DNA from: Paraspadella gotoi
Taxonomy: Eukaryota; Animalia; Chaetognatha
Direction: 5' to 3'
NCBI GenBank assembly: GCA_051294375.1
Contig: CM119267.1
Span: 9,726,163 to 9,790,162, forward strand
DNA length: 64,000 nucleotides
Below, one piece after another: positions 27,463-40,900 of this stretch. Every line of letters starts with the position of its first letter. The first letter of the stretch is position 1. Made by a program: the position numbers and the translations under genes. The notes under the pieces are model-generated. The model was given only the letters and a program-made list of their open reading frames with translations. It was not told where the DNA came from and ran no database searches.

Positions 27463-28650
27463 ATTAGGTGAAGATAAGAACAAAAAGTCAACTCGTTCTC
27501 CCGGCAAATAAACACCGAGTCATGAAAAAATTGAAAGCCAGGTTAGTTCTCGATGATCAGCCAGTTCAATACGCGACTGCTTTATTCAAACTAAATTTTC
27601 TAAATATACTGTATTAACATTTTCTCTTCTCGAAACCGTCTCTATGGATTCTTCCTCACCTCGTATTCATAAACGAGAAAAATATGAAGATGCAAGAAGG
27701 AAACAAAACTAATCGTGAAAACGATCGTGAAAAGTTTTGCGACAGCACGACCGACGAATGTTCTTTCCCATCAGCATTCTTTAATGCGCTCTTTGTCTGC
27801 CAGAGGCAAAGCTCTCGCTCTCTCTCTCTCTCTCTCTTCTCTCTCGTCTCTCTATCAATCGTCTCATCTCTCGTCCTCTGCGTGCTTTTCTGCTCTCTCC
27901 ACCCTGCGACCCTCTTTCTCTCTCCTCTCTCTCTCTCCGTCGTCCCCTTGTCAAATAGGGATAAAGTTTTGTTTTTGACGAATTTCGTTTAATTGATATG
28001 CAAAACTGCGCGAAAATTGCGAAACGGATTCCGGCGAGTTTCTCCCGCCCGCCTTTCTGTTTTTATCGACGTCAGTAAACAAGAAAAAAAAAGGAGAAGA
28101 TTGCCTTTTTGTTTTGTCACGTTCTTTGACGTAGCGTTAAGTTGCCACTTTTTTTTTTAAATTCTTAAATGCCACGGGATTCTCCCCCGCTTTCTTTTTT
28201 TATTTTGCGTTTTTAATCCCTCGGGATTGCGAGTTTTTTTCTTCGATTCCCCGCGGAGTCGAAAAGTGGGAACCTTTTTAGTTTTTTTTATTTTCTTTTT
28301 CAAACTTTTGTTTCACAATTTGTCTCACACTGATTTTTTTTTTCTTTTGTTTTATTTTTCGTTCATCGTGAAGAACGTGACTTTTTTTTTCAGCGAGTGG
28401 TGAATTAAAGGAGCTCAGCAACTAAGTAAAACCTCTTCTGGAGGAATTTTCCTTTTAGTATATTGTCTCTTTTTTTTTCTTTGTATCTTTCTTTTTTTCT
28501 TTCTCATTTTCTTTCTTTCTTTTTCTGCAATATAAATTTAACATCCTTCAATTTTCAATTACGATCATTTTTACCCCAATATTTCTTAGATATAAGTATT
28601 TCTTTTCGATAACATCTCATTCGCGAAAGAGATCAAGCTTTCCTCCAACG

Positions 28651-28998
28651 ATGAACCATTCGACCATCCCTCTCTCCACCTCCCCATCCCTCTACCCTCA
28701 CTCCTCCCCCCATTCCTCCTCCTCTTCCTCCTCCCCCTCTCTCTCCCCCTACGACGAAGCCGCGCTCAATCTCCGCTTGCTTTCCCAATACTGCGACTAT
28801 TTCAGCGGCAGCCTGGCCTTCGTCTCCGTGCTGCTCAACTTCCTGGTGCTGCTGACGCTCTACGCGGACCGGAAGAGCGCCTCCGCCGTGCACGTCCACC
28901 TGGCCGTCCTCGCCGCGTCCGACTTGTCCTTCGGTGAGCTGGGCGAGAGACTTTCGCGCCTTTTCTTAATGAATATATCATAAAATGTTAATTATGAT

Positions 28999-29089
<91 letters not shown>

Positions 29090-31064
29090 TGACCAAAATT
29101 TGGCAATGAATTTAGCGAAAAAACATTTGAATTATATGTTTAACAACAATTTTAATGAAATTAATTAAAATTTGGCCATGAAATGAAATTGTTTTAGATT
29201 TTGAATTATTTGAAACTCTCGTGAATGAAACGCACGAAACCATTGCCCCTGCGCCTGCGTCCTTCGGATATTCAATATCCACGCGTTAAATATTTGAAAT
29301 AAATTTTCCTTTCGCTCGAGCTTAAAAATGTCGGCTTCAAATTCAATTTAAGAGTTCGACCTTGACTCATCAGATTTAACTATTCTCGTTTCGGCGCTCG
29401 TCGAGCTTGAAATGAAAAATAAATTAGCAAATGAATCAAATAAATAAATAAAAATCAATTTTCGTCGCTCAGGCCTGTGGATAGGCGCTGGTCTGATCTG
29501 GACGCTCTGCGTCACTTTCCTGACGCCCGCCATCTCTGCCACCTCCGTCGCCATCTATGGCGTCGTCAAGAATCTTCTTCTCGGCGTCAACCGTCACCTT
29601 ACCGCTTACATCGCCCTCAAGCGGGCCATCGTTATTTGCTTTTTGCAACAGGTTGAGACGAGAAAATGCCTTTCATTTTGTTTTTATTTTTTAAATTTTT
29701 CTATCTTTTTTTCTTCCTCTTACTCTTTCTTTAAACTAGCTTTAGTCCGTCAAAAAATGCCACCCAAAATTGTATTTGTTACGTGGAAAATTTGCCGATA
29801 ATCGCAACGCTGATTAAAAATTAAAGCTTTAGCATCTCGTTGAATCGAAGCCATTGAGAAAACTGAAAATCGTCAAACGGTGTCGCCCGTTGTGATGCTC
29901 GAACCCACGACCCCGAGATAAAGAGTCCCGTGCTCTACCGACTGAGCTAACCGAGTACAGAGGTGATTTGTGTAACCTAGATATTTTTATATAAAAGAAA
30001 CGAGTTTCCCCAAGCAGTTTATAGAACCTCGGTCTCCCGTGTGACAATACTACAGTGTGACAGCGTGACAATACTACTTTTCAAGGAACCCGTTGTCATC
30101 CGTCATCCGTAATCTTTTCATCCGCTTCCACAATTCGACCACCACTCACAATCCCAAACCACCCCCGATTCCACCCTTCCACCCTCCCAAGGCCATCAGC
30201 CTCCGCTCAACCACCCTCCGACGCCACCTAACGGAGACGCTTCTCTTCGGCGTCCTTCTTCCCCTCGCCTACAACGGCGTCGTCGTCGTCTGCTTCGTGG
30301 CGGCGTTCCGTAACCAAGGCGACGCGTCTTCGGCGTCTCCCGTCTGGGATCGCGTCGTGTCTCTCATCTATCACGTCGTCGTTTATCTCACCGTCGTCTT
30401 CATAGTCGTCGTCGCCGGCGCTTCCGTCGCCATCTTGGCCAAGTCGGGTTTCCTGTTGTTGTTTTGGGGTTTTTTTTTTGTTGTCGTTGTCGTCAATCAA
30501 TCAAAAACACTATTGTCAACTAGTGTCAGCTAATGTCATAAAAATGTTATTCACCCTCAAGAATTTGCAGATTTTCCGCTGTCATCGTTTTCGTCAAGGG
30601 CGTTGTCTTCGAATTAGTTATTGGATATTCTTAACTACGATATCAAAAAAAAAAAACAATAAATTTATAAATTCCGATATTCTCATTTCCTCCGCCGCAG
30701 GAGCCGCGGCGCCGCCTCCGTCGCCTCGATAACGACGCTGGCGCGACGGCGTCCCTCCACATCGGGTCACATGGTCACCACCGTCGCCGTCGCTTTCGTC
30801 GTCCTCCACGTCCCTGCGCTCGTGGAGATCCTGTGGGACGCCTTGGGCGACGGAGCCCTCGACGGCGGCGTCAGCAGCGGCGGCGGCGCCGGCTGGGGCG
30901 GCCGTTTGTCCAGCCGCGGCGGCGTCGACGGCGAAGTCGAAGTCTCGACGCTGGAGAAAACGAGCAACTTTTTCGAGATGATGAACTGCAGCGTGAATTT
31001 CGTCATTTATGTCGTCGTCGGGAAAAAGTTTAGGCGAAGCTTCGTCGATATGGCGACCAAATGA
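28651..31064 (+). CDS. Rhodopsin-class (class A) orphan GPCR, invertebrate peptide-receptor-like; 4 exons (28651-28933, 29473-29651, 30192-30442, 30701-31064), ~358 aa
   Basis: Phase-consistent exons (1, 0, 2) give seven hydrophobic segments. TM1 LLNFLVL, TM2 LAVLAASDL, TM3 end YIALKRAIVIC, TM6 FVVLHVP, TM7 MNCSVNFVIY, helix 8 KKFRRSF. Confidence 0.88.
29884..29956 (-). pseudogene. Degenerate tRNA-Lys(CTT) copy or tRNA-Lys-derived SINE head in GPCR intron 2
   Basis: Minus strand reads ACTCGGTTAGCTCAGTCGGTAGAGCACGGGACTCTTTATCTCGGGGTCGTGGGTTCGAGCATCACAACGGGCG. A and B boxes are intact, but the acceptor and T stems are mismatched and the anticodon loop is CTCTTTA. Confidence 0.8.
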
Positions 31065-31572
31065 TATTCGGAGGCAGATCTGACGGACTCCGCACCCGGA
31101 TGTGAGATCCGAACGGCGACGAGAATTGTGAAAAATAAAAGTTTAGCTCGAATTGAAATGAATTTATCTAATTTACAAAACTTTTTAGTCTCACATGCCA
31201 TTATTGATTATATCTCGTTTCATCAATAGGATAATTAAATTTTTAAATTAATTTCGAAAGTTATTTATCAAATGGAACAAAAATATTTCCCCGAAAAAAG
31301 TTCTGCATAGACAGGTAGAATCGAGCTTGAAAAATATAGTTAATAGCACTTCTTATCTTGATCTCATTTCATTTTTTTTCAACTTATCTTTTGTTTATCT
31401 CATCCCAGTTAAATGAGACTCTATTTCGATAAATTTAACTTCATTTAATTGATATTTTTAATGACGTCATCGGCGTCGCTTCGTCTCGATTACGACCGAC
31501 GGTAATAATTTGCGCAAGGACGAGTTGAAAACATTCAGTGAAAAATAACCATCTGGAAAAACGGATCATTTG

Positions 31573-31615
<43 letters not shown>

Positions 31616-32556
31616 ACAAAGCGAAAAAAAGGACGATTTTTTTCCTCCTTGCTTCACACACGTAACACGGACAACAACAACGACAACACGACGAAGGAAA
31701 TGACGCGGAAGGCGATGGACGGAGTGGGAGGAGGAGGGGTGGAGGTGGAAGATGACGATGTGGTGGAGGATGAGAAGTGAGAGGAGAGAGGGAGGGAGGA
31801 GGTGGAGGTGTAGGACGAGACGTCGGACCGGAGGACAAAGTGAGTGAGAAAAAGTAAAAGTGATACGGTAAGGCGGGAGGAAAAGAGGGTGAAAGTCGAT
31901 ATAGAGATGACGAGAGGAAGGAAAGTCGAGGGAGAGAGATGAAGAAGACGAGGGAGAAAAACGCCAGAGAGACAGAGAGGAAAGAGGGAGAAAATGGAGG
32001 GAGCGAAGTGACGGAAGAATCACGCGTTTGTTTGTTTATGCAAATGAGAATCTGAACAATGACAAAGAATTTCGTCGTTTCGACCGACGAAACTCGCAGG
32101 CAAAAAAAAAAACAATTTCGACTCACAAATTTCATCTTATCTTCACCCTTTAGGAACTGACGGCTTTTTTTTTATTTTTTAAAGTCGATAAAGATTAATA
32201 AAGCGGGAGAATCTCGACAAATAATGTTTTATCGGTGAGAAGTTATTAATCGTTAAAAGATAAAGATAACGTTTCCTCGGGAAAAACTTCCGTCTCGTCA
32301 TAAAAAAAAAAGGAAGATTCGCCTTCAACGTGCGATCAAAATCCGCCTCGCCTCACTTTATCACGTTATGATAACCCTCACCCCCTTTTTCTCTATCTTC
32401 ATGCGGACGCCTTTGCTCCTTTTCTCTTTGCCACCTCTCTCACACCTCCTTGCATCCCCGTCAACACCCCCTCGTGTCTTAACGTCGTAATTTCACGCCA
32501 GGTTCGTCGCGATGACGAAACCCGTCATAATCGTCTCGGGGAAAAACGATGCGATG

Positions 32557-32590
<34 letters not shown>

Positions 32591-33719
32591 TGAGGTTTCG
32601 CTCCATCAACGACGATGACGACGACGGCGACAACTACTTTGTCAAGGGCGTCGACGTCGACGAAGACGACGACGAAATCGTTGACAAAAATGGCGCTGAT
32701 GCCACTAACAAATACAAAACAAAAAACGACTAAAATATAAACAATAAAAAGTAGTAATAACAGTAATAAAGAATTAATAATCATTGAGATTGTCTGCCCT
32801 TCGCTTCCTTAATACTAATTAGGAAATAATACACCTTCGAAATCCCGAGCTTTAATTGGTTAAAGGGGGTTCCAAAAGCAAAGCCGCCGATTGGTCTAAA
32901 ATCCTCGCGGCGAAGTCAAAGGGGCGGGGCGGTCGCGGAGGAAAATGACACGGAAACAAATCTGGTGGGNNNNNNNNNNACGCCTTTGTGTTCGTCGGAA
33001 GGGGGATGAGCGAGCGATGTCTCGTTTGGGGAAAGGTATAAAAAAAAACAACGAAGATGGAGGTAAGGTCGGTCGGGTGAGGAGTCCTGAGGTGGAAGCG
33101 ATGAGGCGGGGAAAGCGGTGGAGAGGGGGGAAGGGTTTCGATGGTGATCGGGTTGAGTGGAAGGTGGTTGCTATCTATGAATTTGTCGTCTAGCAGATAA
33201 GAAAGCTGTCGAGAATGAGGAAGTCCCTCGTTGGGCGAATTCCCTTCAAATTAAATCAAGTCAAGCCTCAACTTGAGGCTCAAGGTGTTATGGAAAAGCG
33301 GTGTTCAAAATTATCATCGATCAGGAATGGAAGAGATTTGTTCATTTTGTGCAATACGATACGACGGATATATACGATCAGAACGAGTCATATCAAGTAT
33401 AAAGAATACGGATAATTAAGTGTGAGTTTGAGAATCCCCCCCCAAAAAAAAGGAGTTGGGCTAATATAGAACGCCCAGGCTATGGGTTGATCTCGTAATA
33501 CTCAACCGCATACTCATACTCATACTCATACTGAGTATTACTCACGCTGCAGAGATTTGGTACTGCAGCAGTGAGTTTGCCACACCTGAATCAACCAAGA
33601 TGTTTTTCGAGAAAACATCCGCGGTAATGGGATGACATCCGCAATGTCGCTTTAGAATAACAACGCGAGCGGCAGAGCTTGGATAATGGAGAGGGGGAAA
33701 AATAGTGGGGAAGAGAAAG

Positions 33720-33733
33720 ACAGAAAAAATGAG

Positions 33734-33770
<37 letters not shown>

Positions 33771-33963
33771 CAGAGAGGGAGACAGACAGGACATGGGGAA
33801 CATAAGACAAAGAGACGTAAAGAAAAAGATAAAGTGGAATTAACACGACAAGGAGAGAGAGTGACAGACAGGACTGGACAGACTAACTGACAGGACATGA
33901 GAACCGAAAACAAAGGAGATAAAGAAAAAGAGACAAAGTGAGATGACAGAGAAGAGAGTAGAG

Positions 33964-33994
<31 letters not shown>

Positions 33995-34271
33995 CAGAAG
34001 AGAGAAGGAGAGAGAAACAGACAGAACAAAACATGTGGAGAACATAAGACAAGAGAGATTAAAGAAAAATAAGAAAGTGAGATACAAAGGAGCGAGAGAG
34101 ATGGACAGATTGACAGGAGACAGACAGATATTTGTAACGAAAGACAAAGAGAGATAAAGAAAAAGAAGAAAGTCAGATACAAAAGAGAGAAACAGACAGA
34201 CATATTGACTGACAGAAATGACGACCGAAAGACAAAGAGAGATAAAGAAAAAGAGACAAAGTGAGATACAA

Positions 34272-34331
<60 letters not shown>

Positions 34332-34481
34332 TGTGGAACAAAAGACAAAGAGAGATAAAGAAAAAGAAGAAAGTGAGATGCAAAGGAGAGAGAGAGACAG
34401 ACAGACAGACTGACAGACTGACTGACAGACATGAGGACCGAAAGACAAAGAGAGATAAAGAAAAAGAGACAAAGTGAGATA

Positions 34482-34560
<79 letters not shown>
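33720..34560. repeat. Compound GA/GACA-rich tandem repeat with recurring GAAAGACAAAGAGAGATAAAGAAAAAGAGACAAAGTGAGAT units
   Basis: Unit recurs at about 33900, 34140, 34228, 34340 and 34440; this explains the long S/L-rich ORFs here. Confidence 0.8.
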
Positions 34561-34862
34561 CAAACACAAACACAGAGGAATTGAGAGAGAAAAAAGAGCG
34601 ATTCAAGGTAATCACCCCCGTCATAATGTAAAGGGCCTCTCGTTTCGTCCGCCGTCAATGAAGGATATTTTTGTTCCCCCGTCAACGAATCTCGTCAATA
34701 ACCTCAGCATGACGTCGGCCGGCGACGACGATAACGACGACGATGATACGGACGACGATATAGACGAGAGGAACGACAATGGCGACGACGACGACGACCG
34801 AAGTGATAACCTCGATTGAGGCGTCAACGAAGCGACTGATATACGATGCATCTAAGAATCCC

Positions 34863-34895
<33 letters not shown>

Positions 34896-35302
34896 TAACG
34901 CAGAAACGACGGGACGTCAAAATTTTCCCGTAACGGAAAAGCGTCGTCTTCTTGAACGCGTATTCGGTTGTCTATAGCAACGCGGCTTTATTGTTCACTA
35001 AGATAACGACCATGAGATGTGACGATGAAAACGACGACGACGACGACGACAAGGTTGATATAAACATTAGCAGCAATGCCATCCAACTTTTTATTCAGCC
35101 TCGCGATGCCATTCGCCCTTACCATTAGATGTAGATGCCATCCGACAGATGCGAAGATGCTAATGCGATTTTTGATGAAGTCGTTCAGAGCTCAACGAAA
35201 TAAAAACTTAAAGGAGGTACAGACGATTTTCTTTAAAACGACCCTCGATGGATGGATCTAGGATATATTTAGGTCGAGAAGATAAACAGAGAGAGAGAGA
35301 GA

Positions 35303-35306
35303 GAAG

Positions 35307-35394
<88 letters not shown>

Positions 35395-35730
35395 CTCCGA
35401 CATCTCGCCCCCCTTCCCCACTTTGACCCCTTCCCCTCTTCAATCTCCCACGACGAGAAAATCTAAATCAATCGTCGGTTTCTGACTTTCCTCTCTTTCC
35501 TTTTCCTCCTTTTTCCTTTTTTCTATTTCTTTTCTTTTCTTTCTTTCTTTTTTGCTTTCCTTCAACTCCTTCATTTTTTTATCCATTCTTTCCTTTTCTC
35601 CCTTATCTCGACTTGACCATTTAGACTTTTTGGCTCAGAAAACGGATTTGCGACTTTTCGCCCTTAGAGCCCATATTTTTTCTTTCTTGCCATCGTTCTT
35701 GTTTCTTTCTTCTTTCTTTTCTTTCTTTCT

Positions 35731-35774
<44 letters not shown>

Positions 35775-35955
35775 TTTTTTTTCTTTATTTCACTCTTTCT
35801 TTTTCTTTTCTTTCTTTTTTTTTATTTCACTCTTTCTTTCTTCTTCTCTCTCTCTCTCTTTGTTAACCTAAGATCTTTTGACTTTTTCTGCTTTCTTTCC
35901 AATAAACACTCAATTCCTTCGTGATTTTAGATCGTGATCTCTTGGATTTGCTTTC

Positions 35956-35997
<42 letters not shown>

Positions 35998-36065
35998 CTC
36001 TTCTCTCTCTCTCTCGTCTCTCTCTCTCTCTCTCTCTCTCNNNNNNNNNNNNNNNNNNNNNNNNN

Positions 36066-36098
<33 letters not shown>

Positions 36099-36291
36099 GA
36101 GAGCAAAATCTAAATCAAGAGATCACGATCTAAAATCACGAAAGGAATTGAGTGTTTATTGGAAAGAAAGCAGAAAAGTCAAAAGATCTTAGGTTAACAA
36201 AGAGAGAAAGAAAGTAAGAAAGAAAGAGTGAAATAAAGAAAAATAGAAAGAAAAAAAAAAGAAAGAAAGAAAGAGTGAAATAAAGAAAAAA

Positions 36292-36338
<47 letters not shown>

Positions 36339-36664
36339 CAAGAACGATGGCAAGAAAGAAAAAATATGGGCTCTAAGGGCGAAAAGTCGCAAATCCGTTT
36401 TCTGAGCCAAAAAGTCTAAATGGTCAAGTCGAGATAAGGGAGAAAAGGAAAGAATGGATAAAAAAATGAAGGAGTTGAAGGGAAAGCAAAAAAGAAAGAA
36501 AGAAAAGAAAAGAAATAGAAAAAAAGGAAAAAGGAGGAAAAGGAAAGAGAGGAAAGTCAGAAACGACGATTGATTTAGATTTTCTCGTCGTGGGAGATGA
36601 AGAGGGGAAGGGGGTCAAAGTGGGGAAGGGGGCGAGATGTCGGAGCTATGAGAGAGAGAGAGAG

Positions 36665-36725
<61 letters not shown>

Positions 36726-36737
36726 AGAGACTTCTTC
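35303..36737. repeat. ~0.7-kb near-perfect inverted duplication centred on a 25-N gap
   Basis: Left arm 35303-36040 is the reverse complement of right arm 36066-36737 (e.g. GGCTCAGAAAACGGATTTGCGAC vs GTCGCAAATCCGTTTTCTGAGCC). The arms differ mainly in microsatellite length. Confidence 0.9.
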
Positions 36738-37110
36738 ATCGCCGCGAGGGGCGGTGAAGGGCAGTGACGGGCATTCGACGTCGCGAGGATTCGGGATATG
36801 AGATAACGAGAGGAGGGGGAGGAAGAGGTGAAGGGGGCACTGGGGCAGGGATGGGAACAAAGAGAAAAAGTAAAGTGAAATCTGTGTCTGTGAAGAGACG
36901 AGAACGAAATAATGACAAAGAAGTGAATGGGAAACAGTTAGTGAAAACTTCTCACTGAAAAAGGAGTGTGTGAAAGGTTGACCCGCCCAGTCGGTAAAAG
37001 CATGGAGCAACTCCGGTCAGGAGTGGAGCAAAGAGAGATATTATCTCAGCCGGAGAAAAAGGGGGCGAGAGAAACTCGGCCTCTTTTCGCGAGGGCGAAA
37101 AGAAAAAAAA

Positions 37111-37582
37111 NNNNNNNNNNNNNNNNNNNNNNNNNNNNNNNNNNNNNNNNNNNNNNNNNNNNNNNNNNNNNNNNNNNNNNNNNNNNNNNNNNNNNNNNNN
37201 NNNNNNNNNNNNNNNNNNNNNNNNNNNNNNNNNNNNNNNNNNNNNNNNNNNNNNNNNNNNNNNNNNNNNNNNNNNNNNNNNNNNNNNNNNNNNNNNNNNN
37301 NNNNNNNNNNNNNNNNNNNNNNNNNNNNNNNNNNNNNNNNNNNNNNNNNNNNNNNNNNNNNNNNNNNNNNNNNNNNNNNNNNNNNNNNNNNNNNNNNNNN
37401 NNNNNNNNNNNNNNNNNNNNNNNNNNNNNNNNNNNNNNNNNNNNNNNNNNNNNNNNNNNNNNNNNNNNNNNNNNNNNNNNNNNNNNNNNNNNNNNNNNNN
37501 NNNNNNNNNNNNNNNNNNNNNNNNNNNNNNNNNNNNNNNNNNNNNNNNNNNNNNNNNNNNNNNNNNNNNNNNNNNNNNNNNN
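37111..37582. other. Largest assembly gap (others: 19262-19414, 22351-22408, 26153-26177, 32970-32979, 36041-36065, 40771-40781, 55401-55425, 55656-55665, 63683-63899)
   Basis: Runs of N. Confidence 1.
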
Positions 37583-37961
37583 AGAAAAAAAAAACCGAGG
37601 GCTGTTTTCTTTTTAAATATGTGATCTCGATAAGTCGGTTCTTTACTCTGGATTCGATTATCATTAAGATATTTTTTTTTATTTGTTTCAACTAGTTTAA
37701 ATTCTACATCCGTTTACTTTATATAATCATCTTACTTAAAAAATGTAAAAAATCACGAAAACTGGCCTAAAAATATCGAAATCCGACAATCATTTAATCA
37801 AATCGCATCAGAATATAATCTCATCTTCATCTCATTACAATGAAGTTTTAAATAAGCTCTAAATAACAAAATCACAAATAGTTAACTTTCGTCTTTTTGG
37901 ACTCGTTAGGTTCAAACGCGAAATATTATTTTCTCCCTTTTCTCTGGCAACACTGGAGGAT

Positions 37962-40900
37962 CTACTTGAGAACCTTGAGCCCCGACATGTTCTCCACATG
38001 AACGATCTTGACGTTGTTCTTCTCCGAAAACTTGGAGAGATTCTCTTTGAGGGTCGATGGCTCGTGATCGATCGGTTTTAAACCTGAGAAAGTAAAGCAT
38101 TACGACCAACATTCGAGCAATTCCATTCTATTTTATTTTTTCTTAAATTTTTTTAGGGCATCTCAACAAATTTTAGAAGACAAAACATTGTGCGAAAAGA
38201 CAATCCGTTTGACCGGATCAATGATCATCATATTCCACAAATACGAATGACCTGGCCAGTGGGCTAGTGAACAGTGGGCCAATGGGCAGTGGGTCAGTGG
38301 GTCAGTGGGCCAGTGGGCCAGTGGGTCAGTGGGCCAGTGGGCCAGTGGGCCAGTGGGCACTGGGAACTGGGCAGTGCCCACTGGGCACCATCGCTTGATC
38401 ATTTGATCATGAATAGACTTTTTCTCACTGACCTTTGATGAGATGAGTTTCAAAGACTTCGGGTTCGTTGAGAACGACTCCTAAATATCGAAGATTAAAT
38501 TTTTGTAGAGAAAGCATTAGACCACATTATATCCAAACACCGACAATCCTGCCAGGTCACCCTCTGCCTAACGCCTTCACATCTCCTGCACCTCCCGCCA
38601 CCCTTTCGCGCCCACTTCGCCCTTTTCAAAAAGATCGAGCTCTGGCCTTCGATCCGTGATGCTGTAAAAGATCGTCTGCCAGTCGGAGACGTAAGGCTGA
38701 AGACTCCGCCGCAGCCGCGTTTCGTCCTCGGGAGTCAGTGCGACGCGGGGACGCCGCGTCGACTGCTGCACCTCAGCGTCTGAGGAAAAGGAAAGTGGAT
38801 GGACCCGATTCATTCAACGGGATTTCGTGGAGAGGGTGGCCCACTTTCATCTCACCGATTGGATGTTCGGGGCACTTGAGCCGACGAGAGACGGCGCTCG
38901 CCGGGTAAATCTCCAACTTGTTGCGAAAGTCCACGTAGCGAGGATGCGACAGCTTTGGATCGAAATTTTTAAGAGGAAGTCGAGAGTCGCGACAAACAAA
39001 TGAGCCAAACATCGATCGCAAAGCTTCATCTCGTCCACATGCCTTCATGACTTCATGTCCACCTGCCTTCCCGTTGTCCCTTCTTCCCACCAACCCGCTC
39101 TTCTCTCTCCCACAAACTCATCGTAATAACGAAATAATGTGAGTTAAACAATTCTCTTTTTAAAAGGTTCGTAAATCGTAAATCTTTCAATTTATTTTAC
39201 GTCCTTCCGATACCATAACGGGCAAGGCGGCGTGAGTCTTGATGAGAAAGTTCCGGCTCATCTCCGTCTCCGGTCCCGGATCGGGCCGGATGAAGATGCT
39301 GCGCGTGAGGCCGTCGATGACGTTCTTGCCCGCGTTCTGGAGCTGATTAGAGTAACCGTAGCCGAACATTCCGTAGCCGAAGCACATCTCCACCTGGGCG
39401 GGTCAAAGGAAGAAGAAGAGGAAGGAGGATGGAGTACGACGTTACAGTTTTTGGAGAGGGAGTCGTCGTCACAATTCATTAGCTTAACTGTTAACAGTTT
39501 AAAATAAACAACAAAAAAAAAGATTCCCTTAAAAAAGAACTGGTTAACGAATGTGAAATTCTCATCTTCGACGCTTCCAACCATCCTTCCGCCTCGGCTC
39601 ATCGGAGCAACCGCCTTCTTCGAACTCACCTCGATTTCCGCGATGACCGTCTCTCCCACGATCGACTTCAACTTGTAGTTGTCGGCGGCGCAGATGGAGC
39701 GCGCGATGTCGAAGACGTGGAATCGCTTCTCCGCCAGAATGTAATGGTGGGTCAGAAACTGCGACCGGGTGGATAAAAAAGGGCTGGGGAGTTTGGCGGA
39801 TCGTCTAATAGACTGCTTGTCTTAGCTTAAATTGTTCTTAACTACGGCTGTGCCATTAAACCGCTTCACTAACGCTTTCTCTCGTACCATCCTAGTTTGG
39901 CAAAGCGAGACGGTGCGAGGCGGCCACTGAGGTCTCCAAAGACCCTAATAAAAATCTCGTCCACCGCAGGCAATACCACAGTCGCTTAGCGTTTAATTCC
40001 TTCCATTTTTTTTTCAACACCTTGGGCATGAATCCGATCAGCGAGATGGTGAAGACGTTCTGAACGCTCTCCTTGATGGGAGCGATGTTGCAGGGAAGAT
40101 GCAACAGCCCGTCCATGATTATTCCATCCGAATCCATCGAGTCAGGCAGCACCACCACCGCGGAAGACTTCGATCCCAACTGGTTGCGGAGACAGATGTA
40201 CACGCGCGGGTTGCGGTCGTACCTTTGGTTTGCGGAGGAGGAGGAGGAGGAGGAGGAGGAGTTAATGAGGTAGATAGAAACAGTGGGGACAAAGAAAGTG
40301 TAGTCAGAGATTGCAGGCCAAAGCCTGTCTATAGACTAGCTTGTCCAAAGCAAGCTTTAATTTTATTTTTAGTCATATTCAGCTAGAGGAGAGTGCATTT
40401 ATGAAGACATGATAGCTTCTCTATGAAACAAATGCGCATTGTTTGTACCAGTTGAATGAGAGAGAGACCTTACCTGACTTCCACGCCCCCCCTATCACCC
40501 AATCACCAATGGGACTTGACGCGACGCCGTACCGTCCCGATGGACTTGGTCGATCCCCGTCTGCCCATCGAATCTCGTTTGACCAACGATTCCCGCTGAA
40601 ACCGAGTCTTTGAACTCTGAGCCGAAACTCGAGGAGTTGGGCTCCGCGGTCCGCCCTCACGGAGCGCCGGACGCAAACGTCCACCCGCAGTGCGATCTGT
40701 CCGAATCTGAAAGGTCGGGGGAAGGTTTGACAGTTTCCCTCCTTTTTTATTGCGCCGCGAGTCACTTTTCNNNNNNNNNNNCGCTGCGTCGGTCGGTCGG
40801 TATGTCTGTCCATCAGTCGGTCCCACTTACGTTAAAAATTCATATTATTTGCCTATCATTTGGTTGCTTATTTGCTAAGATAGAAAAAACTCAAATCTAA

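Noticed and set aside
29340-29410. Minus-strand GAAAC...CTGATGAG arrangement resembling a hammerhead
   Set aside because: No room for stem I and no stem II pairing.
32500-34851. Asp/Thr/Ser-rich short ORFs (32512-32733, 34621-34851) and a splice-flanked segment 33545-33678
   Set aside because: Largely (GAC)n-driven, strand ambiguous, no family match or closed exon chain.
36966-37691. 216-aa ORFs
   Set aside because: They span an N gap.
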